Notes under the pieces: generated by a model | Seen by the model: the letters and a program-made list of their open reading frames with translations, nothing else | Database searches by the model: none | Told to the model about the DNA's origin: nothing | Translations under genes and position numbers: made by a program | In this document: piece by piece, positions 9,832 to 20,107 of the stretch | How the letters are laid out: the number at the start of each line of letters is the position of its first letter | How positions within the stretch are numbered: position 1 is the stretch's first letter | NCBI GenBank assembly: GCA_965227145.1 | Contig: OZ245730.1 | Location: 3,086,187-3,150,186, forward strand | Direction of reading: 5' to 3' | Length of the DNA: 64,000 nt | Origin: Calditrichia bacterium | Lineage (GTDB): Bacteria; Calditrichota; Calditrichia; RBG-13-44-9; J075

Positions 9832-11016
9832 TTAATACAGCAAAAATGACTTGCGGATTTCTTCAAATTCCGCTGTTTCCGGCAGCCAGCGTGCCTCCAT
9901 TTCCGCTAACGGTGCCTGTGCTTCCAGCATTTGGCGCAGCCAGTCGTTAGATGCCAGAATATCGAACGGCAATTTGATATATTCATATTCGTATGGCGGA
10001 TTTTTCCACCCGAAATCATCCGGGTAAAGATGAATCATTTCCCGCAGCAGCGCAATAGTCGTCAAAAAGGGTTTGAACGTTTGGCGATTTACCACATGTA
10101 TAAAACAGCCACCGCAAACCTCATCCGCAAATTTGTGGAATGTCGGCTGAAACAGCAGCGGACGAAACACAACACCCGGTAAACGATACGATTGCATGGC
10201 TTCGGCAAATTGCCAGCCATCCACAAATGCCGCCCCAAACAGCTCGAACGGACGTGTTGTACCCCGCCCTTCGGAAATATTAGTAGCTTCCAGCAAACAT
10301 TGACCGGGATAAACAACCGTGCTTTCCGTTACAGGAATATTTGGCGACGGCATCGCAAAAGGTAATCCGGTTGCTTCGAAATACATATCGCGTTTCCAGC
10401 CCTGCATTTCCACAACCGACAACTGGCAATCGGGATAAAAAAAGTGTTGCAAATATTTGGCGATCTCCCCGATGGTCAACCCGTGGCGAATAGCCATATC
10501 GTGCCAACCCACAAAGCTGGTGAACTCGCCGTGGCGAAACGGACCTTCCACCTGAGTGCCGCCAATCGGGTTGGGGCGATCGAGCACAACAACTTCGATA
10601 TTGTTCTCCTGACAAGCTTCCATGCAAAGCGCCATCGTCCAGATAAACGTATAATATTTTGCGCCGACATCCTGCAGATCAATGACGAGCACTTCCAGCC
10701 CGTCCAGCATTTTTTGGGTCGGTTTGCGGTTTTCACCATACAACGAGTAAACCGGCACCATTGTCCGTGGATCTTTAAATCCGCCTTCCCATTCAATCAT
10801 ATTGTCCTGGGTATGTCCCCAAAGTCCGTGTTGCGGGCCAAACAGCGCATTTAGCGACAATTTGCCGGACTGATGTGCCGAATGGAACAAATCGACAGCG
10901 TGTTCCAGCGATCCGGCAACGGATGCCTGATTGCAAACCAGCCCGGTTTTACGCCCTTTGAACAAATTGAAATTGTTTTTTTTAAGGATATCCAATCCTG
11001 TCAAAACCTGCATCAC
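9832..11016 (-). CDS. DUF1343 / NamZ-like exo-beta-N-acetylmuramidase family protein
   Basis: 394 aa; VYSLYGE, LVIDLQDVGAKYYTFI, VVVLDRPNPIGG, IRHGLTIGE match the DUF1343 pattern. Confidence 0.8.
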   Translation of the reverse strand: MMQVLTGLDILKKNNFNLFKGRKTGLVCNQASVAGSLEHAVDLFHSAHQSGKLSLNALFGPQHGLWGHTQDNMIEWEGGFKDPRTMVPVYSLYGENRKPTQKMLDGLEVLVIDLQDVGAKYYTFIWTMALCMEACQENNIEVVVLDRPNPIGGTQVEGPFRHGEFTSFVGWHDMAIRHGLTIGEIAKYLQHFFYPDCQLSVVEMQGWKRDMYFEATGLPFAMPSPNIPVTESTVVYPGQCLLEATNISEGRGTTRPFELFGAAFVDGWQFAEAMQSYRLPGVVFRPLLFQPTFHKFADEVCGGCFIHVVNRQTFKPFLTTIALLREMIHLYPDDFGWKNPPYEYEYIKLPFDILASNDWLRQMLEAQAPLAEMEARWLPETAEFEEIRKSFLLY

Positions 11017-11449
11017 AAACCCTTTCTATATTCAACATACACCGATATTATTGAAAAGAAACCGTGCTGTTGCAACAAACGGTTACTGTTTTTCTCGAAT
11101 TATTGAACATCAGCCCAACACTTTGGGATTTTTTTACTGATCCGGTTAAACATTTTTTATCATCATAAACAACACTATTGATTGCAAAAAAAACTTCTCA
11201 AAGAAGATTCCGGATTGTATATTTTTCGCACCCGGAAAACAAAATGCTTTCTGCGTTTTTATATGAGAATTATCCGGAATTATGTAATAATTTAATACAT
11301 TTAATTGATCGTTAATCAATATTACCTTACAATTTATATTAAAGCGGCGGCAACGCAACACCATTTTCTCAATTAATCGGATGACAAAAATTCATACGGG
11401 GTGAGAACTTTACCGTAATAATTCCAATTATCTAACCAAAAAGCAAATT

Positions 11450-12049
11450 ATGATTGAACACATTATTTTTGATCTGGGCAATGTGCTGATTGATATTCAC
11501 CCCGAAAAAACGATTGCAGAACTTGCCGGACGCACCGGTAAATCCCCATCGGAACTGCAAGATTTTTTTCTATCGCCAACCCATTTAAATTTCATGAACG
11601 GAACGCTTTCTCCCACCGAATTTTACCGTGAATTTGTTAACCGGTACGACTGCCAGATCAGCTACTACCATTTTGCGGCAATTTGGAAACGGCTTATTGG
11701 CGAGCCAAAAACCGGTATTGCATCACTTATTCACAAGCTATCCGGAAAATATACATTGAGTGTTTGTTCAAATACGGATCCGCTTCACTGGCGGGTTGCC
11801 CAAAAAAATTGCACTTTCTTCATCAATTTCAATTACTTTTTTCTCTCCTACAAACTCAATTTATTGAAGCCGGAAACAACCATATATCACACCATGCTTA
11901 AATCGCTAAAAACGGTACCCGAAAAATGCGTATTTATCGATGATACACGCGAAAACATCCAATCCGCCAAATCCATCGGTATCCACGCTATTCACGCCGA
12001 CACTATTGAAACGATGCTAATTGAATTATCAAAAAGAGAAGTATTATAA
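11450..12049 (+). CDS. HAD-superfamily hydrolase
   Basis: 199 aa; N-terminal motif I IIFDLGNVL and C-terminal FIDDTREN motif. Confidence 0.8.
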   Translation: MIEHIIFDLGNVLIDIHPEKTIAELAGRTGKSPSELQDFFLSPTHLNFMNGTLSPTEFYREFVNRYDCQISYYHFAAIWKRLIGEPKTGIASLIHKLSGKYTLSVCSNTDPLHWRVAQKNCTFFINFNYFFLSYKLNLLKPETTIYHTMLKSLKTVPEKCVFIDDTRENIQSAKSIGIHAIHADTIETMLIELSKREVL

Positions 12050-12651
12050 ATATCTAATTTTTAAGAATAGTATTTGATATTCGCATTAAAAGTTTGTAAT
12101 ATATCAGAAGTGATCAACGGAACATTTTTATATTTAGGTCTCTGGTATTTCATTCTATTATGTATTCTCAATATTACTCTTCATATCATTTTTTTATAAG
12201 CTCCTGGATGGGATATATTTGAATTAATATCATTCATTCCAGTTGAGTTTCAATTCTACTCCTGATTCACTCTGTACTTCATTTTACGAATCTTTGCAAA
12301 TAGAATTGTCTTTCCAGATAATTTTATGTGCCTTAATGGTGCCCAACTCAGAAAAAAAATATCAGCTGTTACCAATCATAAATATTTTATTTACAAATAT
12401 TTATAGTATTTCTAATATCCATAGCAACTTTAAAAATGAAGGGAGTTGTTTTTAAGCATACTATCTGAATAAAATGACCGAAAGCATTCAAGCCTGGTAA
12501 ATTATTTGCGATAATGAAAAGTATTCTCATCAGCCTGTTGGGCTCACTTTTAATGATTTGGCTTTACCAATCCAACCATTTATTGTCAAACAGGCATACC
12601 GGAAAAGTTAGCCGGCAGTTCTATTTCAAATAGTCAAAAACAGGTTACGCA

Positions 12652-13815
12652 ATGAGTTATTTTCTGAACTACCAGTGCTCAGGATGCCAAAAAGAATACG
12701 ACATATATACCACAAATTTTCGCTGTGTAGCGTGCTCAGATCCGTTATTGGCGGTTTATGATTTGTATAAAGCACGTAAAGAATTGCAAGGTTTTCAAAA
12801 CTACCATTTTACATCAATTTGGGGATTTGAAGATCTTCTACCGATTAAGGAACAGCAGCAACCGGTCAGTTTGGGAGAAGGTAACACACCCATTTATCGT
12901 TTGGAACGGATTGCCAAATCTTTAAATGTTCAGAATATTTTTCTAAAACAAGAGGCAAACAATCCCGGTGGCTCAATGCGCGACCGGGAAATGAGCGTAT
13001 TAATTTCGGCAATACAGCCATTCAGATATGAGACCTGTTTTGCAGAAAGTATCGGGACGGCAAGTGTGTCATTCAGCATGTATTGTGCGGCTGCACAACA
13101 AAAAAACTTGCTGATGACCAGCGAAACCTTTCCGGAACAATTGGAACAAGAGTGTCGTGAATTCGGTACAAATGTAAAGCGCATTCCGTGGACGACTGCC
13201 GAACGCGAGAAAATGCGGGAGATGGTTTTAGCTTCTTCAGACCGGATTTTTGATCAAACGGAACAGGGCTTCACTTTTCGGATAGAAGGTGCAAAAACAA
13301 TATTTTACGAACTTTTTTTACAGTTTCACAGAAAGATGCCCGATGTGCTGGTGCTGCCATTGGGTGACGGTGTTCTGGTTATGGGATTGTGGAAAGCACT
13401 CAGCGAATTCAAAAAGCTCGGTTTTCTGAAAAACGTGACATTACCCAAAATCTGGCTGGTCCAGAGCAGTAAATTTCCGGCGCTTTCCTTATTTATGAAG
13501 CAGTTGAAATCGGAAATCCCGGAAGTGACAGATTCAATAGCAGCGGATCTTTATTGTACGAACACAGTATTATACCCCTTGATCAGCAAGATATTGAACA
13601 CACTTTCGCTGAATATCATTCACATTGAGGATGATGAAATGATTGACGCCTGCAAGCGGTTGGCCCGTAAAGAGGGAATTCAAACATCTGTTGAAGGCGG
13701 TGCCTGTATGGCTGCTGTTCAACAATTAATATCACTGAATCAGGAAAATACAAAACAAAACTTCCTGATCATTAACCCGTCTTCCGGCATACGTCGTGCC
13801 TGGAATGCTGATTGA
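12652..13815 (+). CDS. Threonine-synthase-like PLP-fold protein with N-terminal Cys4 zinc-ribbon; canonical PLP lysine appears replaced
   Basis: 387 aa; CxxC...CxxC at N-terminus; GEGNTP and NNPGGSMRDRE align with TS motifs GxTP and NPTGSFKDR, with Arg in the Lys position. Confidence 0.6.
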   Translation: MSYFLNYQCSGCQKEYDIYTTNFRCVACSDPLLAVYDLYKARKELQGFQNYHFTSIWGFEDLLPIKEQQQPVSLGEGNTPIYRLERIAKSLNVQNIFLKQEANNPGGSMRDREMSVLISAIQPFRYETCFAESIGTASVSFSMYCAAAQQKNLLMTSETFPEQLEQECREFGTNVKRIPWTTAEREKMREMVLASSDRIFDQTEQGFTFRIEGAKTIFYELFLQFHRKMPDVLVLPLGDGVLVMGLWKALSEFKKLGFLKNVTLPKIWLVQSSKFPALSLFMKQLKSEIPEVTDSIAADLYCTNTVLYPLISKILNTLSLNIIHIEDDEMIDACKRLARKEGIQTSVEGGACMAAVQQLISLNQENTKQNFLIINPSSGIRRAWNAD

Positions 13816-13852
13816 GAAATTAAATTCATTAATCACTAAGGAGTTGTTTCAA

Positions 13853-15211
13853 ATGGCAATCACCAAAGATTTAAGTCTTGTTGCAGTTGAGATCCGCAAA
13901 TGGGATCTTGAAACGAACAAGATCGGTATTACCAGTTTTTTCGTAATGGATAATCAGGAAAAATCACTCGAATTTATCGTTAACATCATGCAACCCCCGG
14001 AAATGGTTGAAGAATTTTTAGGGAAATTGCGTTACGAAGCAGAGCTTAAGCTGAAATCCGAAAACGGTACAGATGAATTTTCCATTAATTTTGAAAACGA
14101 GACGTTTCTGCGTCAAAAAGTATATAACTATTTCAAACGAATTACATCGGAACTGAATAGTACCAAGCGTAAAAAAGGTCAACCACGAATGATCTTTACG
14201 ACGCATATGGATATTTACAACGAAACGCAGGACATCACATTTCTGCAGCAACGCCTCCAGTTTTACGTTGTGCTAAACTGGTCTCGGAAATATTACGAAC
14301 GTGAAGAATTTAAAAAAGCAGTCGAGCCATTGCGAAAACTGATCAAGATAAATCCCGGTTATGGTCCGGGCTATCAAATGCTGGCACGATCACTCAAAAA
14401 AATTCGAAAATACGACGAAGCCATGCGCTATTACGAGCGTTATGCGGAAGTTGAAAACACAACCGAAGCGTGGCTTGATTTGGCAAAATCGTATCGCAAA
14501 GGCAAGGTATTTGACAAATCCGAAGCCATTTACAATCGTATTTTAGCCGACGACCCGAAAAATCCCGATGCACGGATCGGCATTGCCCAAATCCGTTATG
14601 CCACACAGGATCAGGAGTATATCAAATTACTGGATGAAATATTCAAAGATTCGCCGGACTGGACCCGCAGTTGGTTGAAAGAAGAATTTAATTTCCGGAT
14701 TTATACCAATGACAAAATGGGTTTATCACCCAATCAGGCTGCGAAATTTATGGGTTATGACAAAATCTTTGATCTGACCCAGCGGGCATTTCGCAACGAG
14801 ATTCCGTCACATTTTAATCCGTCCAGAGCACGACTGAGCTTTTTTAAAGAAGAGTTGGAAAACTGGGCGCAAATGATGAATCGCTTCAACTGCCTGCCCG
14901 GCGAAGTCAAATTGTATCCGGACAGAATTCATGCGGAAGATGCCGAAATGGATGAAGCAGAAGCCGCACCGTCGCAAAATACGTCTTCTAACAATGATTC
15001 CGGCAGTAAAAACTCAACCAAAGTTGAGGAAATACTGACCCAGCTTCGGGCGCGAAAAGCCCAGCGATTGGCAGAAGCCAGCGGCAATCCGCAACCGCGC
15101 AAAAATCAACCGGTTAATCTCACTCACCAAAAGCCAGCTAAACCGCAGGCGGTGGAAGTTGAAGAAACACCGGCAAAACGCAAACGGGGACGTCCCCGTA
15201 AAACGGATTGA
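13853..15211 (+). CDS. TPR-repeat protein with low-complexity C-terminal tail ending in an AT-hook-like motif (KRKRGRPRK)
   Basis: Track ORF starts at 13796; AAGGAG Shine-Dalgarno ~9 nt before the ATG at 13853 supports that start. TPR-like helices in the middle. Confidence 0.65.
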   Translation: MAITKDLSLVAVEIRKWDLETNKIGITSFFVMDNQEKSLEFIVNIMQPPEMVEEFLGKLRYEAELKLKSENGTDEFSINFENETFLRQKVYNYFKRITSELNSTKRKKGQPRMIFTTHMDIYNETQDITFLQQRLQFYVVLNWSRKYYEREEFKKAVEPLRKLIKINPGYGPGYQMLARSLKKIRKYDEAMRYYERYAEVENTTEAWLDLAKSYRKGKVFDKSEAIYNRILADDPKNPDARIGIAQIRYATQDQEYIKLLDEIFKDSPDWTRSWLKEEFNFRIYTNDKMGLSPNQAAKFMGYDKIFDLTQRAFRNEIPSHFNPSRARLSFFKEELENWAQMMNRFNCLPGEVKLYPDRIHAEDAEMDEAEAAPSQNTSSNNDSGSKNSTKVEEILTQLRARKAQRLAEASGNPQPRKNQPVNLTHQKPAKPQAVEVEETPAKRKRGRPRKTD

Positions 15212-15306
15212 TTGATCGAAAGTAATAAAAACGTTGTCTGATAAACCAGTTCGTAACGTTCGAATGGGTTTCTTTTTGGGTTGAAGGAAATGTTCAGGCA
15301 GCAAAA

Positions 15307-15340
15307 CAAAAAGGTCTGCACAATTGTGCAGACCTTTTTT
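15307..15340. terminator. Bidirectional rho-independent terminator between convergent genes
   Basis: AAAAAGGTCTGCACAATTGTGCAGACCTTTTTT: 9-bp perfect stem, 4-nt loop, A-run before and T-run after. Confidence 0.65.
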
Positions 15341-15365
15341 GATGAATGGCTTTTTATATCCGAAA

Positions 15366-16982
15366 CTATCGCCAGAGCTTTTCCCATTCCCAACCGGCGG
15401 CAATGCGCAACTGCATATCGGATGTTGCCTGCCCCTCAAAATGCTGGAAATTGGAAATATCTGAGTAAGTCAAATCAAACCGCAAATATGCCAGGTGATG
15501 CGGTTTGTAAAACGCCCGAACACCGCTTTGCCAATTCCGCTCGACAATCCCGAACGGAAACGGTTCATCATAGCCTTCTTCCGGCGTAAAATTCAGAAAA
15601 TCTTCGTTAAACACACCGGCAACACTCCCCTCCCCCTGTTTGGTAAATCGGGTGAAACCGGTGAGTTGCAGCTCCGGTTTCAGCCAGTAATCCAGATCCA
15701 GCGCGAGTTGCCAGAAATTATTGCCCAGATAGTGCCCGATTTCCTCGTTGCGATGCAGGTATTTGCCAAACGGCGGCGCAGCGACGTTATACGTGCGGTT
15801 CCGCACCTGTGTGTACGACAGATGCAATTTGCTGCCGGAAAATCCCGCCGGATTAGCCCATTGAAATCCGAGCAGCAGCCCCAGTTCCGCAGGCTCAAGA
15901 TCGCCGGGCGCCTCGTTATCCACCTGATAATCATCAATCAACAATTCGCCGTAGATGTTCATTTGCGGGAAAACATACAGATCCCAGTCGATGGTATAGA
16001 GCACGTTGGCGTTGGTTCCGCCGACTTCCTGATTCAAATTGTAGAGATAATAAAAGGACAGCGGATTGACAAATCCCATCTCCCAGGAACGGTTTTCGCC
16101 GCCATACAACGCAACTTCGGAGATGCCGATGTAAATGCGATTGCGAAGGTTCAGGCGCAAACTGTGTCCGTTGAGATAGCGGTTGGCGATATAACTGCGG
16201 TCATCGATGATCCGCTGGCGATCCAGCTGCATCCCCCAAAACGAAAATTGCAGCACAGATTTACCGAATTTGAGATGATACATATCAAACGGACGGCTAT
16301 TGGCGGAGAACAGCAATTGGGCATCCCGTCCGGGACCGGACTGCAGCCAGTCCCGCCCGACTTTGATGCTCAGCCAATCCTGCCGGTATTGCAAATAACC
16401 TTGCTCCATATAGCCGTATAAATTACGGTATTCCTTGCCAATATAGGTCGATGGCGCATCGCTGAAGACCCGGAGATTGCTGTAAAATGTAAACGATTGG
16501 TTGAGATTGCCCATCACTGTTGCATGGGCATCGTATTCGGTTTGGGTATCGGTATCGCGGGAATCTTGCAGATAAAGTTCACCAAAAAATCCCGGTTTTA
16601 TTGCTGTTGAGCGATCGGGTATTTCCAACGGCAGTTTCAGGACACCCATTGCAGTGTTAAATAATTCGCGCCAGTCGCCCAAACGTGCCAACTGGGCAAT
16701 TTCCGGGCTGAATTCCCGATAGAGCAAACGGATGATCGATCGGTCTTTTGCGGAAAGCTGCTGCTGCCAACCGATGTTTAGCAGTTCCCGGGCAATGGCG
16801 TCCCGTTCCAGCGGTCGCTGGTTGACATCGATACCGGGCAAATACCCGGCAACTTTAAGATAATCGATATAATCATTTGCCCAATGATACGGCGGCAGGG
16901 TTTCCTGTCCAAATAACGTCACTGAACTGAAGATAAGCAGAAATAATATGTTGCGAAAACGTTGAATCATGGATCGCCTCAA
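15366..16982 (-). CDS. Capsule assembly Wzi-like outer-membrane protein (putative)
   Basis: 538 aa, N-terminal signal peptide, aromatic-rich beta-barrel-like composition, C-terminal aromatic residues; adjacent to polysaccharide genes. Confidence 0.5.
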   Translation of the reverse strand: MRRSMIQRFRNILFLLIFSSVTLFGQETLPPYHWANDYIDYLKVAGYLPGIDVNQRPLERDAIARELLNIGWQQQLSAKDRSIIRLLYREFSPEIAQLARLGDWRELFNTAMGVLKLPLEIPDRSTAIKPGFFGELYLQDSRDTDTQTEYDAHATVMGNLNQSFTFYSNLRVFSDAPSTYIGKEYRNLYGYMEQGYLQYRQDWLSIKVGRDWLQSGPGRDAQLLFSANSRPFDMYHLKFGKSVLQFSFWGMQLDRQRIIDDRSYIANRYLNGHSLRLNLRNRIYIGISEVALYGGENRSWEMGFVNPLSFYYLYNLNQEVGGTNANVLYTIDWDLYVFPQMNIYGELLIDDYQVDNEAPGDLEPAELGLLLGFQWANPAGFSGSKLHLSYTQVRNRTYNVAAPPFGKYLHRNEEIGHYLGNNFWQLALDLDYWLKPELQLTGFTRFTKQGEGSVAGVFNEDFLNFTPEEGYDEPFPFGIVERNWQSGVRAFYKPHHLAYLRFDLTYSDISNFQHFEGQATSDMQLRIAAGWEWEKLWR

Positions 16983-17121
16983 CTGTTGATTTTGTCAGAC
17001 AGAATCTAATTTTACGGGTTAACGGATGCAATAAAAAAGGAAAGCGGTTAGGTTTTTGGGAGTGAAATAAACTGGGAAATTAGCCAAATGCCGTGTAGGA
17101 ATCGCATATATACGATCCCTA

Positions 17122-17152
17122 CAAAAAAAGGGAACACAAAACTGTGCTCCCT
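17122..17152 (-). terminator. Putative rho-independent terminator after the sugar-transferase gene
   Basis: Minus strand reads GGGAGCACAGTTTTGTGTTCCC followed by TTTTTTT; stem has one mismatch. Confidence 0.45.
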
Positions 17153-17183
17153 TTTCTTATATCAAATATGTTACATCATCGAA

Positions 17184-18608
17184 TCAATAGGCGCCTTTGC
17201 CGAGGAAAGCCACCGGAATCGTTTCAAACAGGATTTCCATATCAAAGAAAATGGACTGGTTTTCGATATAATAGAGATCCAGCAAACACATTTCCTCGAA
17301 CGAGAGATTACTTCTGCCGGAAATTTGCCACAGTCCGGTGATACCCGGCTTGGTGTTCCCGCGCTTGGCATACCAATCGTAATTCACTTTGCCATTTTTG
17401 ATTTTGTTAAAATCATTGATCGGCAAGGGACGCGGTCCAACGATGCTCATATCCCCTTGTAATACATTAATAAACTGGGGAATTTCATCCAGGCTGTATT
17501 TGCGGAGGAATTTGCCGACCGGCGTTACCCGGGGATCATCCTTCATTTTGAACAATGCGCCGTTGGTTTCGTTATTTGCCCAGATTTTATCTTTCATGTC
17601 ATCAGCATTATCATACATGGTGCGGAATTTATAGAACCAGAATTCCGGGCCGCCTTTATACAGCGAACGTCTTTGTTTGAAAAAAACAGGACCTTTTGAA
17701 GTTAAGCGGATCATCGCTGCAATAATGGCACCGGCCGGAATGAGTAAAATACTGGCAAAAGCCAGAATAATTAAATCGAAGACCCGCTTCAGTCGGGACT
17801 GCCACACCGGCACCCGCAAACGCCGGCTGTCCGTGGATAGCGGCACGCCGGTAACATCTTTTACCTTGATCTGGTTCATCAGTTTTTTAACATCCGGCGA
17901 CACCATTTTAACCGCAACCCCAAAATGTTCGCAGGCTTTGCGGATCGGTTCGTATTTCTTTTCCAGCATGGAATCGCTGACAATAAACACTTTGTCGATG
18001 CCGTGTTCCGGGATAATCGTGTCCACATCGTGGTATTTACCGATAATATACGGCGCAATTTCGGGATGGTGATGGGGCGTGCCGTTGGCGATAAACCCGC
18101 GCAAATCGTAATAATCACCGTATGCATCCGTCAGGATTTCGGTAAAGCGCAGGGCAGACAGATCAGTGCCAACCACCAGTATCCGCTGATTGCCAAATCC
18201 CTTATTAAACAGGCGCAGGTTGATTTTGTGCATCAGGGTGTGCATGACTTCCAGAATGATGTATTGGGACATCAGAAAGATAATTACCACGCCTCGGGAA
18301 AACTCATGTCCCTTGATCAAGAACAGATAGGACATCGTGAGCAGACCGAGGTAGTAGGTCATTATTTTGAGGTGCTGTTTCTGATGCAAAATCGGGCTGC
18401 TGTAAACACTCCGGTAAAGCCCGAGGATAGCGGCCAGCGGGAAAAAGATCAGGTTGACAAATAGCCAGGGCTCAAAATATCTGGCTAAGGGTTCATCCAA
18501 TTCCGGGAAACGAAGATACAGCGCCAGCCGGAAAGCAGCGTTGATCATGATGAAATCGCCAATCATGACGAGCATCGTATAGACGAATCGCCAATTCCGT
18601 TTTAGCAT
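17184..18608 (-). CDS. Initiating polyprenyl-phosphate sugar phosphotransferase (WbaP/CpsE-type bacterial sugar transferase)
   Basis: 474 aa; N-terminal TMs and C-terminal catalytic domain (KRVFDLI, FFKQRR, YKFRTM, RVTPVGKFLRKYSLDEIPQFINVLQGDMSIVGPRP). Confidence 0.9.
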   Translation of the reverse strand: MLKRNWRFVYTMLVMIGDFIMINAAFRLALYLRFPELDEPLARYFEPWLFVNLIFFPLAAILGLYRSVYSSPILHQKQHLKIMTYYLGLLTMSYLFLIKGHEFSRGVVIIFLMSQYIILEVMHTLMHKINLRLFNKGFGNQRILVVGTDLSALRFTEILTDAYGDYYDLRGFIANGTPHHHPEIAPYIIGKYHDVDTIIPEHGIDKVFIVSDSMLEKKYEPIRKACEHFGVAVKMVSPDVKKLMNQIKVKDVTGVPLSTDSRRLRVPVWQSRLKRVFDLIILAFASILLIPAGAIIAAMIRLTSKGPVFFKQRRSLYKGGPEFWFYKFRTMYDNADDMKDKIWANNETNGALFKMKDDPRVTPVGKFLRKYSLDEIPQFINVLQGDMSIVGPRPLPINDFNKIKNGKVNYDWYAKRGNTKPGITGLWQISGRSNLSFEEMCLLDLYYIENQSIFFDMEILFETIPVAFLGKGAY

Positions 18609-19808
18609 GAGGTTAATCCTGTTTCAGTAAAGATTGTTGAATTTAGATTACAGACACTATTTTCGGCAGTTAAACTGCGGACTTTAATGATTGAAAATAT
18701 TTGTATTTTCGCGCCGCTTATTAAACTTTTTTTGCAACAGAGGCGCAAGGGCTCACAGAGAAAGGTTCATGAAGCCCGTGTTAATTATACTGCAATTGGT
18801 CATTACCATTATTTACATCAATATTAAACCAGATTCCTGCTCCGAAGGAGCGCCTTTGGCGCGGATGCAGGAATCTCCTGCTCAAAAAGTTATTTAGTGC
18901 AATCTCTCAGGTCTTCCGTGATGCTGCGGCTAAAATGCAAAACATCAGTTGTTAAAAAACAAGCCGACAGTATAACACATTAACCTTATATTGCGCAATT
19001 TCTTTTTAAATGCTAATGTTACCGGTCATTTGTGCTGACAGGATAACAGGATTTACCGGATCGTAAGTGCAGATACAAATTTAATTGGTTCTCTGACAAT
19101 TTTTGTGGAATAAGTTCTGTTACTGCGCCAGCCTGAGCCCTTCGGTAAGCTCAGGATAAACTGCGTCGAAGGTCGTCATTCGATAAAAAACAGAGGCTTT
19201 CCCGCAAAGCGGGACTCAGCATGACAGAATATGCATGTTTTAGCTGACTTCCACACTATTTGTCAAAGAACGATTAAATTAATATTTTCAATGTAAGGCT
19301 GAGGGAATCGAAGGACAATTCATAATGATAGCGGCTTCGACTTCGCTCAGCCTGACAAGATTTACATTTTAATTAGCAAATTATGGTAGTGTCACTATTT
19401 AATTGATATTTCAACATACAGATGCTTCGTCTCCCGGCTTTCCGGGAAAGAATCTCGTCTTTATGGTGTATCAAATCACTCAATATCTACCACTACCCAA
19501 ATTATTTCTGTCAAGGCACTTATGATGTTTATCAAATTGAGTCTTGTCATTTCCGAATCAACCAAAAACCGTGATATTTTGATGATACAATCAACAATTT
19601 ATTTTCTTGATCATCATGCATATCCTGTCAAACAAACCACTTCCATGTTTTGATTTGCGACTCAAAATACATCATTATATAGGTGCATTTGTGACTGGCT
19701 TAACAGATCGGCAAAATTCATTATATATTCCCATTTTTGTTGATATTCTTCCGTAAATAAAAATCCCCGCCATGAATATGACGGGGCTGGAAAGAACATC
19801 CCCCCTGC

Positions 19809-20005
19809 GCTGCCATTAAGTTAAGGATCAAAGTGGGCAGTTTTGTCACCCTGAGCTAAGTGTCACCCTGAGCACAGTGTCACCCTGAGCGCAGTCGAAG
19901 GGTCGATGGGTCGATGGGTCGATGGGTCGATGGGTAATTTTGCCGTGCATATATCATGGTTCGACTTCGCTCACCATGACAGGTTGTGCTTAACTTAATG
20001 GCAGC
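19809..20005. repeat. 17-bp perfect inverted repeat pair (GCTGCCATTAAGTTAAG / CTTAACTTAATGGCAGC) bracketing a 163-bp repeat-filled segment
   Basis: Arms at 19809..19825 and 19989..20005, read directly. Confidence 0.8.
19845..19936. repeat. Tandem repeat tract: 3 x 16-bp GTCACCCTGAGCnnnn units then (GGGTCGATG)x4
   Basis: Direct reading; reverse-complement copy with 8 units at 22195..22366. Confidence 0.85.
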
Positions 20006-20012
20006 ATTTCAA

Positions 20013-20066
20013 AGGAGGGGATGTCTGATTTCCCCCTTCGAAGGGGGATTAAGGGGGATGTTATCC
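20013..20066. repeat. Solo copy of the palindromic element family (core CCCCCTTCGAAGGGGG)
   Basis: GGGGATGTCTGATTTCCCCCTTCGAAGGGGGATTAAGGGGGATG; same core as arrays at 50.7 and 51.9-52.35 kb. Confidence 0.8.
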
Positions 20067-20107
20067 TGCGGAACGCATATACGCGTTCTCTGCAAATGTT
20101 ATGTATC

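Noticed and set aside
15495-16421. Plus-strand 308-aa ORF
   Set aside because: Shadow ORF antisense to the Wzi-like gene; no motifs.
18609-20107. tRNA, tmRNA, RNase P or SRP RNA in the 1.5-kb ORF-free region
   Set aside because: No recognisable T-loop (GGTTCGAATCC-type) or other conserved cores by eye; only repeat families and small hairpins. A covariance-model scan would be needed to rule it out.
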